DNA of 63,893 bases, counting the filler, from Choristocarpus tenellus KU-1152 (taxonomy: Eukaryota > Protista > Phaeophyceae), in the NCBI GenBank assembly GCA_964200185.2. It is 10 parts of 10 records of this genome, joined end to end, with 100 filler letters (N's around TTAATTAATTAA, not from the genome) between each part and the next. Parts side by side here need not be neighbours in the genome. Positions count along the whole stretch, not along the records: positions 61,018 to 63,893 come from CAXNAD020024003.1; 9 more parts are not named here. One strand, 5' to 3'. The stretch's first letter is position 1; every line of letters starts with the position of its first letter. The position numbers were made by a program, and so were the translations under genes. Of the stretch, positions 63,879-63,893 are shown piece after piece. The notes under the pieces were generated by a model. The model had not been told where the DNA came from and ran no database searches. It saw only the letters and a program-made list of their open reading frames with translations.

Positions 63879-63893
63879 TTGGTTTAGTGGTGG

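Overview
Eukaryotic, intron-rich, repeat-rich DNA, most consistent with an ochrophyte and probably a brown alga. That assignment is inferred from the TTAGGG repeats, GT-AG introns with long pyrimidine tracts and the gene families seen. The window is ten contigs joined by nine artificial 100-nt spacers (N44-TTAATTAATTAA-N44), so adjacency across gaps is unproven. Spliced genes rebuilt by hand with phase-consistent exons: (1) 3' end of a small helical protein (minus, 5832-7280); (2) pyrroline-5-carboxylate reductase with a tandemly duplicated first coding exon (13804-14427); (3) FAN/NSMAF-like WD40 region (27571-31026); (4) CFAP92-like gene (minus, 31952-33687), head-to-head with (5) a ~1500-aa RING-H2 E3 ligase (34349-39450); (6) a 10-exon minus-strand gene (42134-50988) that the ORF track shows only as fragments, encoding a bacterial-type beta-sandwich + Toll/IL-1R (TIR) module with a Glu at the catalytic position, fused to a ROCO/TORNADO1-like C-terminal domain; (7) a secreted VHL-beta-like-domain protein resembling stramenopile prolyl 4-hydroxylases (51938-56137); (8) a PUS3/DEG1 tRNA pseudouridine synthase with a putative bipartite plastid presequence (58151-60917). 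Repeats: two related MITE families with 3-4 bp TSDs that nest into each other, an inverted-repeat element carrying a telomeric array, many interstitial TTAGGG tracts and decayed retroelements. The best candidate for a new system is gene (6). All family assignments rest on motif recognition from memory; no search was run.
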